DNA of 64,000 nucleotides from an uncultured Pseudomonadota bacterium (lineage in GTDB: Bacteria > Pseudomonadota > Alphaproteobacteria > Caulobacterales > Caulobacteraceae). Shown piece by piece: positions 31,122 to 42,184 of this stretch. A program made the translations under genes and the position numbers. Every line of letters begins with the position of its first letter. Position 1 is the stretch's first letter. The DNA lies in assembly GCA_963837235.1 (NCBI GenBank), contig CAWIMM010000002.1, positions 1,354,254 through 1,418,253 on the forward strand, given 5' to 3'. A model generated the notes under the pieces. It was not told the origin of the DNA, did not search any database, and worked only from the letters and a program-made list of their open reading frames with translations.

Positions 31122-32652
31122 TCACTTCCAGATCGGCTTTCCTTTCCCCGGCAGCCCCAGACGCGGCCACTTCTCGGTGACCGTTTCGATCACTGCGTCG
31201 TCCATGCGGATCAGGCGGCCCCAGTCGCGGTGGGTCTCGGGCGGCCATTTGTTGGTCGCGTCGAGGCCGATCTTGGAGCCGAGGCCGCTCTCGGGCGAGG
31301 CGAAGTCGAGGTAGTCGATCGGCGTGCCTTCCACGAGCGTGATGTCGCGGGCCGGGTCCATGCGGGTGGAGATCGCCCACATCACGTCCTTCCAGTCGCG
31401 GGCGTCGACGTCGTCGTCCACCACGATCACCCACTTGGTGTACATGAACTGGCGAAGGTAGCTCCAGACGCCCATCATCACGCGCTTGGCGTGGCCGGGG
31501 TAGGCCTTCTTCATCGAGACCACGGCGATGCGGTAGCTGCAGCCTTCCGGCGGCAGCCAGAAGTCGACGATCTCCGGGAACTGGCCTTTGAGCAGCGGGA
31601 CGAACACCTCGTTCAGCGCCTCGCCCAGCACCGACGGCTCGTCGGGCGGCCGGCCGGTATGGGTGGTGAGGTAGATCGGGTCGCGCCGCATGGTGATGGC
31701 GGTCACCTGGAACACCGGGAACGGCTCGACGGCGTTGTAGTAGCCGGTGTGGTCGCCATAGGGACCCTCGTCGGCGTAGTCGTCGAGCAGCACCTCGCCC
31801 TCGATCACCATCTCGGCCTGGGCGGGGACCAGCAGCGGCTGGGTCTTGGCGGGGACCAGCTCCACGGGCGCGCCGCGCAACAGGCCGGCGAACTGGTACT
31901 CCGAGAGGGTGTCCGGCACGGGCGTGACGGCCGCCAGGATGGTCCCCGGATCGGCGCCGATCACCGCGCAGGCCGGCAGCGGCTCGCGCTTGCCGGCGCC
32001 CTTCCAGCGCCGGTGGTGCTGGGCGCCGCCGCGGTGGGCGAGCCAGCGCATGATCGTGCGGTCCTTCCCGGTCACCTGCATGCGGTAGATGCCGAGGTTG
32101 AAGTCGTCCTCGCGGCTGGCAGACGGCCCCTTGGTGACCACCAGCGGCCAGGTAATCAGCGGCGCGGGCTCGCCGGGCCAGCAGGTCTGCACCGGCAGCT
32201 TGGAAAGGTCGATGTCGGCGCCCGGTCCACACCACCTGCTGCACCGGCGCCCGCGTCACCGTCTTCGGCCGCATGTCCATCACCGTGCGGGCGAGCGGCA
32301 GCAGCTCCAGCGCCTCCTTCATCCCGCGCGGCGGCTCGGGCGAGCGCAGGAACGCCAGCAGCTCGCCGACCTCGCGCAGGTCCGCGGCGCTGGTGCGGCC
32401 CTTGCCCTGCAGCGTCACCCCCATGGCGACGCGCTTGACCGTGCCGAACAGGTTGGCGAGGCAGGGGATCGTCGAGATCGACCCGTCCGCGCGCACCGGC
32501 TTTTCGAACAGCACCGCCGGCCCGCCGGTGCTGAGCAGCCGCGTGCAGATCTCGGTGATCTCGAGCGTCGTCCTGACCGGCTCGGCGACCCGCACCAGCT
32601 CGCCCTCGGCCTCGAGCTTGGCGATGAACTCCCTCAGCGACCGATAGGCCAC
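31122..32652 (-). CDS. ubiD: UbiD family decarboxylase (one frameshift)
   Basis: [41 protein letters not shown]. Confidence 0.93.
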
Positions 32653-32660
32653 CACCCCTC

Positions 32661-32857
32661 CCGCTCTTCCCCGCGAAAGCGGGGACCCAGGTTTTTTGAC
32701 CACGAACCTCACGAACCTCACGAACGGTCCGGTCTAGCCGCGGTCAGCGCATCCTGTTCGTGTGGTTCGTGAGGTTCGTGGTCAATACTTCACACGTCCG
32801 AAGCCGCCCCGGCGCATGACAAAAAGCCTGGGTCCCCGCTTTCGCGGGGAAGAGCGG
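32661..32857. repeat. Composite element: family A enclosing family G (32696-32785)
   Basis: Perfect CCGCTCTTCCCCGCGAAAGCGGGGACCCAGG IR; inner TTGACCACGAACCTCACGAACC/GGTTCGTGAGGTTCGTGGTCAA. Confidence 0.88.
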
Positions 32858-32866
32858 TGGAGGGTG

Positions 32867-33619
32867 CTACGCCGCCGCCGGCTGCCCGAGCTTGCGGGTG
32901 CCGGCCGACGCCGGCTTCAGCGGATCGATGACGAAGCGGACCGGCATGTAGCTCCAGTTGGCCAGGATCCAGGTGGCCGGCAGGTGGTTGCTGACGGTGA
33001 GCGTCGGCGCGCCGAAGGCGGCGATGTCGAGCGTGTGGTAGTGCGCCGGCCCGCGCCGCGCTTCCTTGATCTGGAACTCGAACTCCTCGGCGATCAGCGT
33101 CGGCGCGCCGTCCAGCGCGGCCAGCACGCTGTTCTGCACGTGCAGCACGTCGACGCCGGCGATCTGGGTGGGGTTCTCGATCACCGCGTCGAGCGCTGTC
33201 CGGCCGCCGCAAACCACCGTCGCCTCGAAGCCGAAGTGGCGCTTCTTCAGCGACACCGTCTCGGCCACCTTGAGCCGCTTGCCGTAGCCGTTCTCCAGCC
33301 AGGCCGAGACCTGCTCGTTGTCGGTGAAGCCGCCCAGGATGTAGCCGACGTAGTGGTTGGTGGCGCGCGCGTGCAGGCGCAGCTCGGCCGTGGTGAAGGG
33401 GCCGAACGGGCTGTCGGCATGCTTGCGCAGGATCAACGAGCAGTAGGTCGGAAACGGCGGGTGCAGCGCCGCCGGCAGCGCCGCGATCGCCGCCTCGGAG
33501 AGCACCTCGAACGTGAAGGCGAGCACTTGCGCGTTCTCGAGCTCGATGCGGTCCTCGGCGAGCGCCTTGATGACCGGCAGGCCCTCGGCCTTGGGCTTGT
33601 AGCCTCCGAAGATGGGCAT
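32867..33619 (-). CDS. Acetoacetate decarboxylase-like family protein
   Basis: ALPAALHP.FP, SPFGPFT.AEL, W.ENGYG; follows the LLM gene. Confidence 0.6.
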   Translation of the reverse strand: MPIFGGYKPKAEGLPVIKALAEDRIELENAQVLAFTFEVLSEAAIAALPAALHPPFPTYCSLILRKHADSPFGPFTTAELRLHARATNHYVGYILGGFTDNEQVSAWLENGYGKRLKVAETVSLKKRHFGFEATVVCGGRTALDAVIENPTQIAGVDVLHVQNSVLAALDGAPTLIAEEFEFQIKEARRGPAHYHTLDIAAFGAPTLTVSNHLPATWILANWSYMPVRFVIDPLKPASAGTRKLGQPAAA

Positions 33620-33630
33620 GGCGCTTTCCC

Positions 33631-34740
33631 CTACTCGGCCGCGACCGGCGTCTTCGGCTTGGCCGCGGTTTCCTTGAAGTGCGGCATCACCTCCTTGGCG
33701 AAGAGCCTGAGCGACGCCAGCACCTCGGCCTGGGGCACCGTCTCCAGCGCGTTCAGCAGGAAGTTGACGCAGTCGATGCCGGTGGATTCCCAGTTCTTCA
33801 GAACCTCGGTGATCCGCTTCGGATCGCCGACCGCCAGGCCCGGCGGCGGCCCGGGCATCTCGCCCGGCACCGCGGACTGGCGGCGCACCTGCGGCAGCAG
33901 GCCGAAGCTGCCGTAGGAGGGCGAGGCATAGACCTCGCGCGCCGACACCAGCTGCGCGGCGGCGTAGCCGAACGTGCCGGAGAGCCGCAGGCCCGTCTGC
34001 TGGCCGACCTTGTTGTCCTCGTGGCAGTAGAGGAAGTTGACGGTGGCGACCTGGTCGTTGACCGCGCCGGCCGGCTCGCAGGTCTGCAGCACCTTCTTGT
34101 AGCCCTTCACCCGCCGCTCCTGCTCGGCGAAGTCGTTGAAGGTGAGGCCGAGCGCGCCGATGCCGTGCTCGGCGGCGTCGATCTCGGTGCCGGGGCTGGT
34201 CACCGCCACCCACATCGGCGGGTGCGGCTTCTGGTAGGGCTTCGGGATCACCGCCCGCTCGGGCATCGAGAAGCAGACGCCGTCATGGGCGTAGCGCTCG
34301 TTCATCCACATCTTCGGCAGCGCGCGGACGATCTCGGCCCAGGTCGCCTTGGTGAGGTCCGGGTTGGCGCGGAAGCCGCCGAGCTCGGTCCAGGTGGCGC
34401 TGCGGCCGGTGCCGACGTCGAGCCGCCCGTTCGAGACCAGGTCGAGCACCGCGGAGCGCTCGGCGATGCGGATCGGGTGGTTGATCTCCGGCACGCAGAC
34501 GTTGATGCCGTGGCCGACCCGGATGCGCTCGGTCTTCGCCGCCACCGTCGCCAGGAAGATCTCCGGCGCCGAGCAGTGCGAGTATTCCTCCAGGAAGTGG
34601 TGCTCGACCGCCCAGACGTGGTCGAAGCCGAGCTGGTCGGCGAGCACGCACTGCTCGATGCAGTTGGCGTAGACCTGCCGCTCGGTCTCCGGCCCCCAGG
34701 GCCTGGGCACGCTGATCTCGTAGAAGATGCCGAACTTCAT
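33631..34740 (-). CDS. LLM class flavin-dependent oxidoreductase
   Basis: MKFGIFYE, GFDHVWAVEHHF, HPIRIAER, PKPYQKPHPP, LRLFAKEVMP. Confidence 0.92.
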   Translation of the reverse strand: MKFGIFYEISVPRPWGPETERQVYANCIEQCVLADQLGFDHVWAVEHHFLEEYSHCSAPEIFLATVAAKTERIRVGHGINVCVPEINHPIRIAERSAVLDLVSNGRLDVGTGRSATWTELGGFRANPDLTKATWAEIVRALPKMWMNERYAHDGVCFSMPERAVIPKPYQKPHPPMWVAVTSPGTEIDAAEHGIGALGLTFNDFAEQERRVKGYKKVLQTCEPAGAVNDQVATVNFLYCHEDNKVGQQTGLRLSGTFGYAAAQLVSAREVYASPSYGSFGLLPQVRRQSAVPGEMPGPPPGLAVGDPKRITEVLKNWESTGIDCVNFLLNALETVPQAEVLASLRLFAKEVMPHFKETAAKPKTPVAAE

Positions 34741-34864
34741 GGGTCCCTCCCACCTTCGGTCGTTGTCGGAAGTTGTGACCCGAACGCGCCGCCTGGCAAG
34801 CATTCCGCGAGGTGAGCTTCACCCTCACGAACGCGCGAGGGACGGTTGGACCCGCGTGTTTTGG

Positions 34865-35052
34865 CCACGGAAAACACGGAAAACACGGAAGGTCGTCCAA
34901 CCCACTTTGTCATCCCGGAAGCGAGCGCAGCGAGCTGTCCGGGATCTGCTTCTTGCGTCGGCGCTCAGTAGATTCCGGACGACTCCGCTTCGCGGGTCTC
35001 CGGGATGACGATGTTGGATTGGGCTCGTCCGTGTTTTCCGTGTTTTCCGTGG
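34865..35052. repeat. Composite element: family G (CACGGAAAA arms) enclosing family C (34909-35009)
   Basis: CCACGGAAAACACGGAAAACACGGA/TCCGTGTTTTCCGTGTTTTCCGTGG perfect IR. Confidence 0.88.
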
Positions 35053-35103
35053 TTCCCTTTCGCCCTCTGGCTTAGCCGGGCGCTCTGACCTACCTACGCG
35101 CCG

Positions 35104-35743
35104 ATGGTTCAGGCCAAGATCTGCGGACTTTCGACGCCCGGAGACGGTGGCCGCGGCGGTGGCCGGGCGGGCGGCCTATGTCGGCTTCAATTTCTTCGAG
35201 AAGAGCCCGCGCTACGTGTCGCCGCAGGCGGCGGCGCGGCTCGCGGCGCCGGTTCGGGGCAAGGCGAAGATCGTCGCGGTGACGGTCGATCCTTCCGACG
35301 CGCTGCTGCGCGAGATCACCGAGGCGCTGCGGCCGGACTTCATCCAGCTGCACGGGCGCGAGACGCCGGCCCGGGTGCGCGAGGTCGGCATGCGCACCGG
35401 CGCGGGGACCATCAAGGTGATCCCGATCGGCGAGGAAGCCGATCTCGCCAGGCTCGCCGAGTTCGAGGCGGTCGCCGACCACCTGATGCTCGACGCCAAG
35501 GCGCCGCCGGGCGCGGACCGGCCGGGCGGGCTGGGGGTCCCGTTCGACTGGTCGCTGACCTACGGCCGCAAGTTCGCGCGGCCGTGGCTGCTGGCCGGCG
35601 GGCTCGACCCCTACAACGTGGTCGAGGCGGTGCGGCTCTCGGGCGCGCCGATCGTCGACGTTTCCTCTGGCGTGGAGCGCGGGGCCGGACTAAAGGACCC
35701 GGCTCTCATCGAGGCCTTCCTGCAGGCGGCCGCTCGCGCCTGA
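35104..35743 (+). CDS. trpF: Phosphoribosylanthranilate isomerase (frameshift near start)
   Basis: KICGL, SPRYV, QLHG.E, LAGGL, VDVSSGVE. Confidence 0.95.
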
Positions 35744-35752
35744 CTTACAGAC

Positions 35753-36965
<1,213 letters not shown>

Positions 36966-36969
<4 letters not shown>

Positions 36970-37801
36970 CGGTGCGCGTCTCGACGCGCGGTTCGCCGCA
37001 GCTGAAGCGCGAGGGCCGCGCGGGGTTCGTGGCCTATGTGATGGCCGGCGACCCCGACGCCGGAGACCTCGCTGGCGGTGCTGAAGGGGCTGCCGGCGGC
37101 CGGCGCCGACATCATCGAGCTGGGCTTTCCGTTCTCCGATCCGATGGCCGACGGTCCGGCGATCCAGCGCGCGGCGCTGCGCGCGCTGGAGGCCGGCATG
37201 ACGCTCGGCGGAACGCTTGGCCTCGCCAGGCGTTTCCGTGAGGGCGATGCGACCACGCCGCTGGTGCTGATGGGCTACCTGAACCCGATCCTCTCCTACG
37301 GCCTCGAGGCGCTTCGCGACCGACGCCGCGGACGCCGGCGTCGACGGCCTGATCATCGTCGACTGCCCGCCCGAGGAGGCCGATCCGGTGCTGGCGGCGT
37401 TCGACCCGCTCGGCCTGGCGCTGATCCGCCTCGCCACCCCGACCACCGACGATGTCCGCCTGCCGACGGTGGTCCGGCGCACCTCGGGCTTCGTCTACTA
37501 CGTCTCGGTGGCCGGGGTGACCGGCGTGAAGGCGGCCGACGCGCAGGCGGTGGCGCCGGCGGTGGCGCGGGTCCGCGCCGCCTCCGGCCTGCCGGTGGCG
37601 GTGGGTTTCGGCATCCGCACGCCCGATCAGGCGGCGGCGGTGGCCCGGGTGGCGGACGCCGCGGTGGTCGGCACCGCGCTGGTCGATGCGGTCGCCGACG
37701 CGGTCGCACAGAACCGTGATCCCGTCGCAAAAGTTTTGGAAACGGCGGCGGCGCTCGCTAAAGCCGTGCGGTCCGCGCGGGCTGCTACAGGGGTTGTGTA
37801 G
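36966..37801 (+). CDS. trpA: Tryptophan synthase alpha chain (frameshifted)
   Basis: [34 protein letters not shown]. Confidence 0.95.
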
Positions 37802-37809
37802 GGCTCGGC

Positions 37810-38742
37810 ATGGCTTTGGCTGACGACAAGCGCAACAGGCCGGTCCGCAATCCGCCCGCCACCACGGGGCGCGAGCGCGGCGGCTGGCTGGCCAAGATCG
37901 CGCCGGGCGTGCGCAAGCTGGTCGCCAAGCGCGAGACGCCCGAGAACCTCTGGGTCAAATGCCCCGACACCGGGGAGATGATCTACCGGCCGGACCTGGA
38001 GGCCGCGCTCTGGGTCACGCCGGCCGGGCGGCACATGCGGATCAGCCCCGAGCTGCGCTTCGCCTACACGTTCGACGACGGCCGCTTCAAGGAGCTGCCG
38101 GCCCCGAAGACGGCGGACGATCCGCTGCATTTCACCTACGGCAAGTCCTACAAGGCGAGCCTCGACGCCGCCCGCAAGGCCACCGGCGATACCGACGCCA
38201 TGAGCGCCGCGGTAGGCGAGATCGACGGGGTCGAGACCGTGGTGCTGGTCGAGAACTTCGCGTTCGTCGGCGGCTCGCTGGGCGTGGCGGTGGGCGAAGC
38301 CTTCATCCGCGCGGCCGAGGAGGCCCTGAAGCGCGAGGCGCCGCTGGTGATCTTCAGCGCCGCCGGCGGCGCGCGGATGCAGGAAGGCGCGCTCGCGCTG
38401 ATGCAGATGGCGCGCGCGACGCTGCTGGTCGACCGGCTGCGCCAGGCGCACCTGCCCTACATCGTCGTGCTGACCGACCCGACCACCGGCGGCGTCCTCG
38501 CCTCCTACGCCATGCTGGGCGACGTGCACCTGGCCGAGCCCGGCGCGCTGATCGGCTTCTCGGGCCGCCGGGTGATCGAGCAGACCATCCGCGAGACGCT
38601 GCCGGCCGGCTTCCAGACCGCCGAGTTCCTGGTCGAGCGCGGCATGGTCGACCGCGTGGTCACCCGCAACGAGCTGCCGAAGGTGCTGGGCTCGATCCTG
38701 CGCACCCTGATGATGGGGCGCGCGCGCCTTTTCGCCGCTTGA
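37810..38742 (+). CDS. accD: Acetyl-CoA carboxylase carboxyltransferase beta, copy 1
   Basis: LWVKCP, GGSLG, GGARMQEG, PTTGGV.AS, VIEQTIRE. Confidence 0.93.
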   Translation: MALADDKRNRPVRNPPATTGRERGGWLAKIAPGVRKLVAKRETPENLWVKCPDTGEMIYRPDLEAALWVTPAGRHMRISPELRFAYTFDDGRFKELPAPKTADDPLHFTYGKSYKASLDAARKATGDTDAMSAAVGEIDGVETVVLVENFAFVGGSLGVAVGEAFIRAAEEALKREAPLVIFSAAGGARMQEGALALMQMARATLLVDRLRQAHLPYIVVLTDPTTGGVLASYAMLGDVHLAEPGALIGFSGRRVIEQTIRETLPAGFQTAEFLVERGMVDRVVTRNELPKVLGSILRTLMMGRARLFAA

Positions 38743-39611
38743 GCGACCGCGGCTGGCTCTCGCGCCTCGCGCCCGGCGTGGTGCGGAGCGCCGTGAGGCG
38801 GCGGGCGACGAAGGACCTCTGGATCAGGTGCGTCGAGACCGGCGAGCTCTGCTACCGGCCGGATCTGGAAGCGGCGCTCTGGGTGACGCCGAGCGGTCAT
38901 CACATGCGGATCGGCCCGGACCAGCGCTTCGCCTGCACCTTCGACAACGGCAGGTTCGCGCGGCTGCCGGCGCCGGTGACGCCCGACGATCCGCTGAAAT
39001 TCAGCTACGCCAAGCCCTACAAGCCGGCCCTGGCGGCGGCGCGCAAGGCGACCGGCGAGCGCGAGTCGATGGCCGCCGCGGTCGGGCGGATCGACGGCGT
39101 CGAGACGGTGGCGCTCGTGCAGAACTTCGCCTTCATCGCCGGCTCGCTCAGCATGGCGGCCGGCGAGACCTTCGTGACCGCCGCCGAGGAGGCGCTGCGC
39201 CGCCAGGCCCCGCTGGCAGTCTTCACCGCGGCGGCCGGCGCGCGGATGCAGGAGAGCGCGCTCGCCTTGATGCAGATGGCGCGCACCACCGCGGCGATCC
39301 AGCTGCTGAAGGCGCGGCGCCTGCCCTACGTCGTCGTGCTCACCGACCCCACCATCGGCGGCGTCACCGCCTCCTACGCCATGCTGGGCGACGTGCAACT
39401 GGCCGAGCAGGGCGCGGTGATCGGCTTCACCGGCCGCCGGGTGATCCTCCAGACGATCCGCGAAACGCTGCCCGAGACCTACCAAACCGCGGAATTCCAG
39501 GTAGAACGCGGCATGGCCGACCAGGTGGTTCCGCGTCGCGAGCTGCCGAAGGTGCTCGGCCGGGTGCTGCGCGCACGCATGATGGAGGCCAGCCGCCTTT
39601 CCGCCGCTTGA
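38739..39611 (+). CDS. accD: Acetyl-CoA carboxylase carboxyltransferase beta-like paralog, copy 2
   Basis: TTG start overlapping the copy 1 TGA; colinear with copy 1; AGSLS, AGARMQES, PTIGGVTAS. Confidence 0.85.
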   Translation: MSDRGWLSRLAPGVVRSAVRRRATKDLWIRCVETGELCYRPDLEAALWVTPSGHHMRIGPDQRFACTFDNGRFARLPAPVTPDDPLKFSYAKPYKPALAAARKATGERESMAAAVGRIDGVETVALVQNFAFIAGSLSMAAGETFVTAAEEALRRQAPLAVFTAAAGARMQESALALMQMARTTAAIQLLKARRLPYVVVLTDPTIGGVTASYAMLGDVQLAEQGAVIGFTGRRVILQTIRETLPETYQTAEFQVERGMADQVVPRRELPKVLGRVLRARMMEASRLSAA

Positions 39612-39612
39612 T

Positions 39613-40949
39613 CTGACCCCCGCCCGACCCGATTACGACGCCCTTCGCGCCTCCGACGTCACCATTGCGCGCCTGCGCGCCCTTCATCCGTCGCTGATCG
39701 ACCTGTCGACCGGCCGGGTGAAGCGCCTGCTGGCCGCGCTCGGCCACCCGGAGCGGCGGATGGGGCCGGTGATCCATGTCGCCGGCACCAACGGCAAGGG
39801 CTCGACCTGCGCCTACCTGCGCGCCATCGGCGAGGCGGCGGGGCTGAAGATGCATGTGCTGGCCTCGCCGCACCTGGTGCGCTTCGCCGAGCGCATCCGC
39901 ATCGCCGGCCAGCTGATCGGCGAGGACGAGCTTTCGCAGCGCATCGACGAGGTCGAGGCGGCCAACGCCGGCGAGCCGATCAGCTTCTTCGAGATCACCA
40001 CCTGCCTGGCCTTCCACGCCTTCGCCGCGCGCCCGGCGGACCTCTGCGTGGTCGAGGTGGGGCTGGGCGGCCGCTTCGACGGCACCAACGTGTTCGAGGC
40101 GCCGGCGGTCACGGTCATCACGCCGGTCGACTACGACCACCTGGAGATGCTGGGGCCGGAGCTCTCGAAGATCGCCTGGGAGAAGGCCGGGATCATCCGG
40201 CCGGGCGGCCGGTGATCGTCGCGCGCCAGATGGACGAGGCGCTGGCGCCGATCGAGCGCGAGGCCGAGACCCTCGGCGCGCCGATGACGCTGATGGGCCG
40301 CGATTTCGACGCCTACGAGCAGGCCGGGCGGCTGGTGGTGCAGCTGCAGGACCGGCTGCTCGACCTGCCGCCGCCCAGCCTGTTCGGGGGCCACCAGTTC
40401 GCCAACGCCGGCATGGCCGCCGCCGCCATCCTGGCGATGGGCGATCCGCGCATCGACGAGGAGGCGATCGGACGGGGGATATCGAGCGCCGTCTGGCCCG
40501 GCCGCTTCCAGTCGCTGACCAAGGGGCCGCTGGCGGCCAGGGCCAGGGCGCACGGCGCGGACCTCTGGCTCGACGGCGCCCACAATCCGCACGCCGGCGC
40601 GGCGCTGGCCGAGTCCGTCGGACGGCTGGCGGCGCGCGACGGCCGGCCTGTCGTGCTGATCGTCGGCATGCTGGGCCGCAAGGACGCCTCGGGCTTCTTC
40701 CCGCACTTCGCGACGCTGGCCCCGCGCGTCTTCACGACTGCGTTCAACTCGCCCAACGCCACGCCGCCGGACGACCTCGCCGCCGCGGCGCGCGGCGCGG
40801 GACTGGAGGCCGAGGCGGCGGACGGCGTCGAGGCGGCGCTGGATCGGGCGCTCGCGGCGCCCGGCCCGCCGCCGCACGTGATCATCTGCGGCTCGCTGCA
40901 CTTCGTCGGCGACGTCCTGGCGATGTCGCCCGACACCTGGCCGACGTAA
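39613..40949 (+). CDS. folC: Folylpolyglutamate/dihydrofolate synthase (start uncertain; one frameshift)
   Basis: HVAGTNGKGS, EVGLGGRFD, WPGR, LDGAHN, GSLHF. Confidence 0.93.
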
Positions 40950-40961
40950 CGCCCCATCAAA

Positions 40962-41083
40962 CCGTCATGGCCGGGCGTAAGTCCCGGCCACCCAAGAACA
41001 CGTTGTGAGCCATGGCCGCGCCAGCGCGGCCACTCGCACCACGGTGTTCATGGGTCGCCGGCACTGTCGGCCGGCGATGACGG
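40962..41083. repeat. Palindromic element, family B
   Basis: CCGTCATGGCCGGGCGTAAGTCCCGGCCACCCA...CCGGCGATGACGG between convergent genes. Confidence 0.85.
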
Positions 41084-41105
41084 GGATGGGGGTTAGGCTC
41101 CGCGG

Positions 41106-42014
41106 TTACAGTTTGAGCCCCCAGATCTCGCCGAGCTCCGGCTTGCCGAACTCGTCGTGCATCTCGGTCTCGGTGATTTCGAAACCGTAGGCGGCGTAGA
41201 TGCGCCGGGCGCTCGTCAACACGGCGTAAGTCCAGAGAATCATCTCCCGGTAGCCGACGTCGCGGGCGCGGCCGAGGCAGGTCTTCACCAGCGCATCGCC
41301 GATGCCGCGGCCGCGGGCGATCGGCTCGACGTAGAAAAGCCGCAGGCGCGAAAGGCCGTCGCCCTCGTCGGTCAACATGATCGACCCCGCCATCGCGCCG
41401 CCGACCTCGGCGATCCAGCACTGATCGCGGCCCTCTTTGAAGTTCGCGAGGAACGCCGCGCAGGTCTCGGTGACGTTGTGCTCGAGCCCCCGCCCCCAGC
41501 CGTATTCGTCGCGGTAGAGGATCGATTGGCGCGCCGTCAGCAGGCCGAGGTCGCCGGTGCGGAACGTGCGGACCTGGAAATCGCGCCCCGGCGCCGGATC
41601 GAGCAGGGTGCGCGCCGCGCCGAGCGCCGCGGCAAGGTCGGTCTGCTGGGTCGGCGAGAGGGGCCCGAGCATCTCCACGACGTCGGCGCGCTGGCGCTGA
41701 TCGAGCGCGTCGAAGACCGCCGCGCCGGCCGGCGTCAGGGTGATCGGGCGGCGCCGCGCGTCCTCGCCGCCGGCCTTGCGGGTGATCCAGCCGCGCGCCT
41801 CGAACCGGGCCAGCACGCGGCTCAGGTAGCCAGCGTCCATGCCGAGCTCGCGCTGCAGCTCGGACGCCAGCGGCTGCGGCGCGTGGGCGATCTCGAACAG
41901 CAGCCGCGCCTCCGGCAGCGACAGCTCGGTCCCCAGGAACCGCGCGTTCAGCGCGCCGACACGCCGCGTGTAGAACCGGTTGAACGTCCTGACCGCAGCG
42001 ATGGCGCACTCCAT
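41106..42014 (-). CDS. MarR HTH-GNAT acetyltransferase fusion
   Basis: RTFNRFYT, DAGYLSR, DARR (MarR); LRLFYVEP.ARGRGIG (GNAT). Confidence 0.9.
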   Translation of the reverse strand: MECAIAAVRTFNRFYTRRVGALNARFLGTELSLPEARLLFEIAHAPQPLASELQRELGMDAGYLSRVLARFEARGWITRKAGGEDARRRPITLTPAGAAVFDALDQRQRADVVEMLGPLSPTQQTDLAAALGAARTLLDPAPGRDFQVRTFRTGDLGLLTARQSILYRDEYGWGRGLEHNVTETCAAFLANFKEGRDQCWIAEVGGAMAGSIMLTDEGDGLSRLRLFYVEPIARGRGIGDALVKTCLGRARDVGYREMILWTYAVLTSARRIYAAYGFEITETEMHDEFGKPELGEIWGLKL

Positions 42015-42034
42015 GCGCCGACGTTCGCGCCGAA

Positions 42035-42051
42035 AGTTGACGGAGTCAACT
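42035..42051. promoter_or_regulatory. Palindromic operator upstream of the MarR-GNAT gene
   Basis: AGTTGAC-GGA-GTCAACT, 20 bp before the start codon. Confidence 0.6.
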
Positions 42052-42063
42052 ATCTACCTACGC

Positions 42064-42169
42064 TGTCATCCCGGACAAGCCGCGGAGCGGCGCAGATCCG
42101 GGATCTACTTCGATCGGCTGTGCTGAGGAGATCCCGGACAGCGCGCTGGCGCGCGCTCCCGGGAAGACA
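42064..42169. repeat. Palindromic element, family C
   Basis: TGTCATCCCGGACAAGCCGCG...CCGGGATCT...AGATCCCGG...CCGGGAAGACA. Confidence 0.82.
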
Positions 42170-42184
42170 CTTTGCAGGCTGGCC

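Noticed and set aside
30908-35052. Short tandem repeats as a CRISPR array
   Set aside because: Units are 9 bp with no unique spacers, form inverted arms, and no cas genes are present
37810-39611. accD duplication as an assembly artefact
   Set aside because: The copies differ throughout at nucleotide and protein level and have distinct termini
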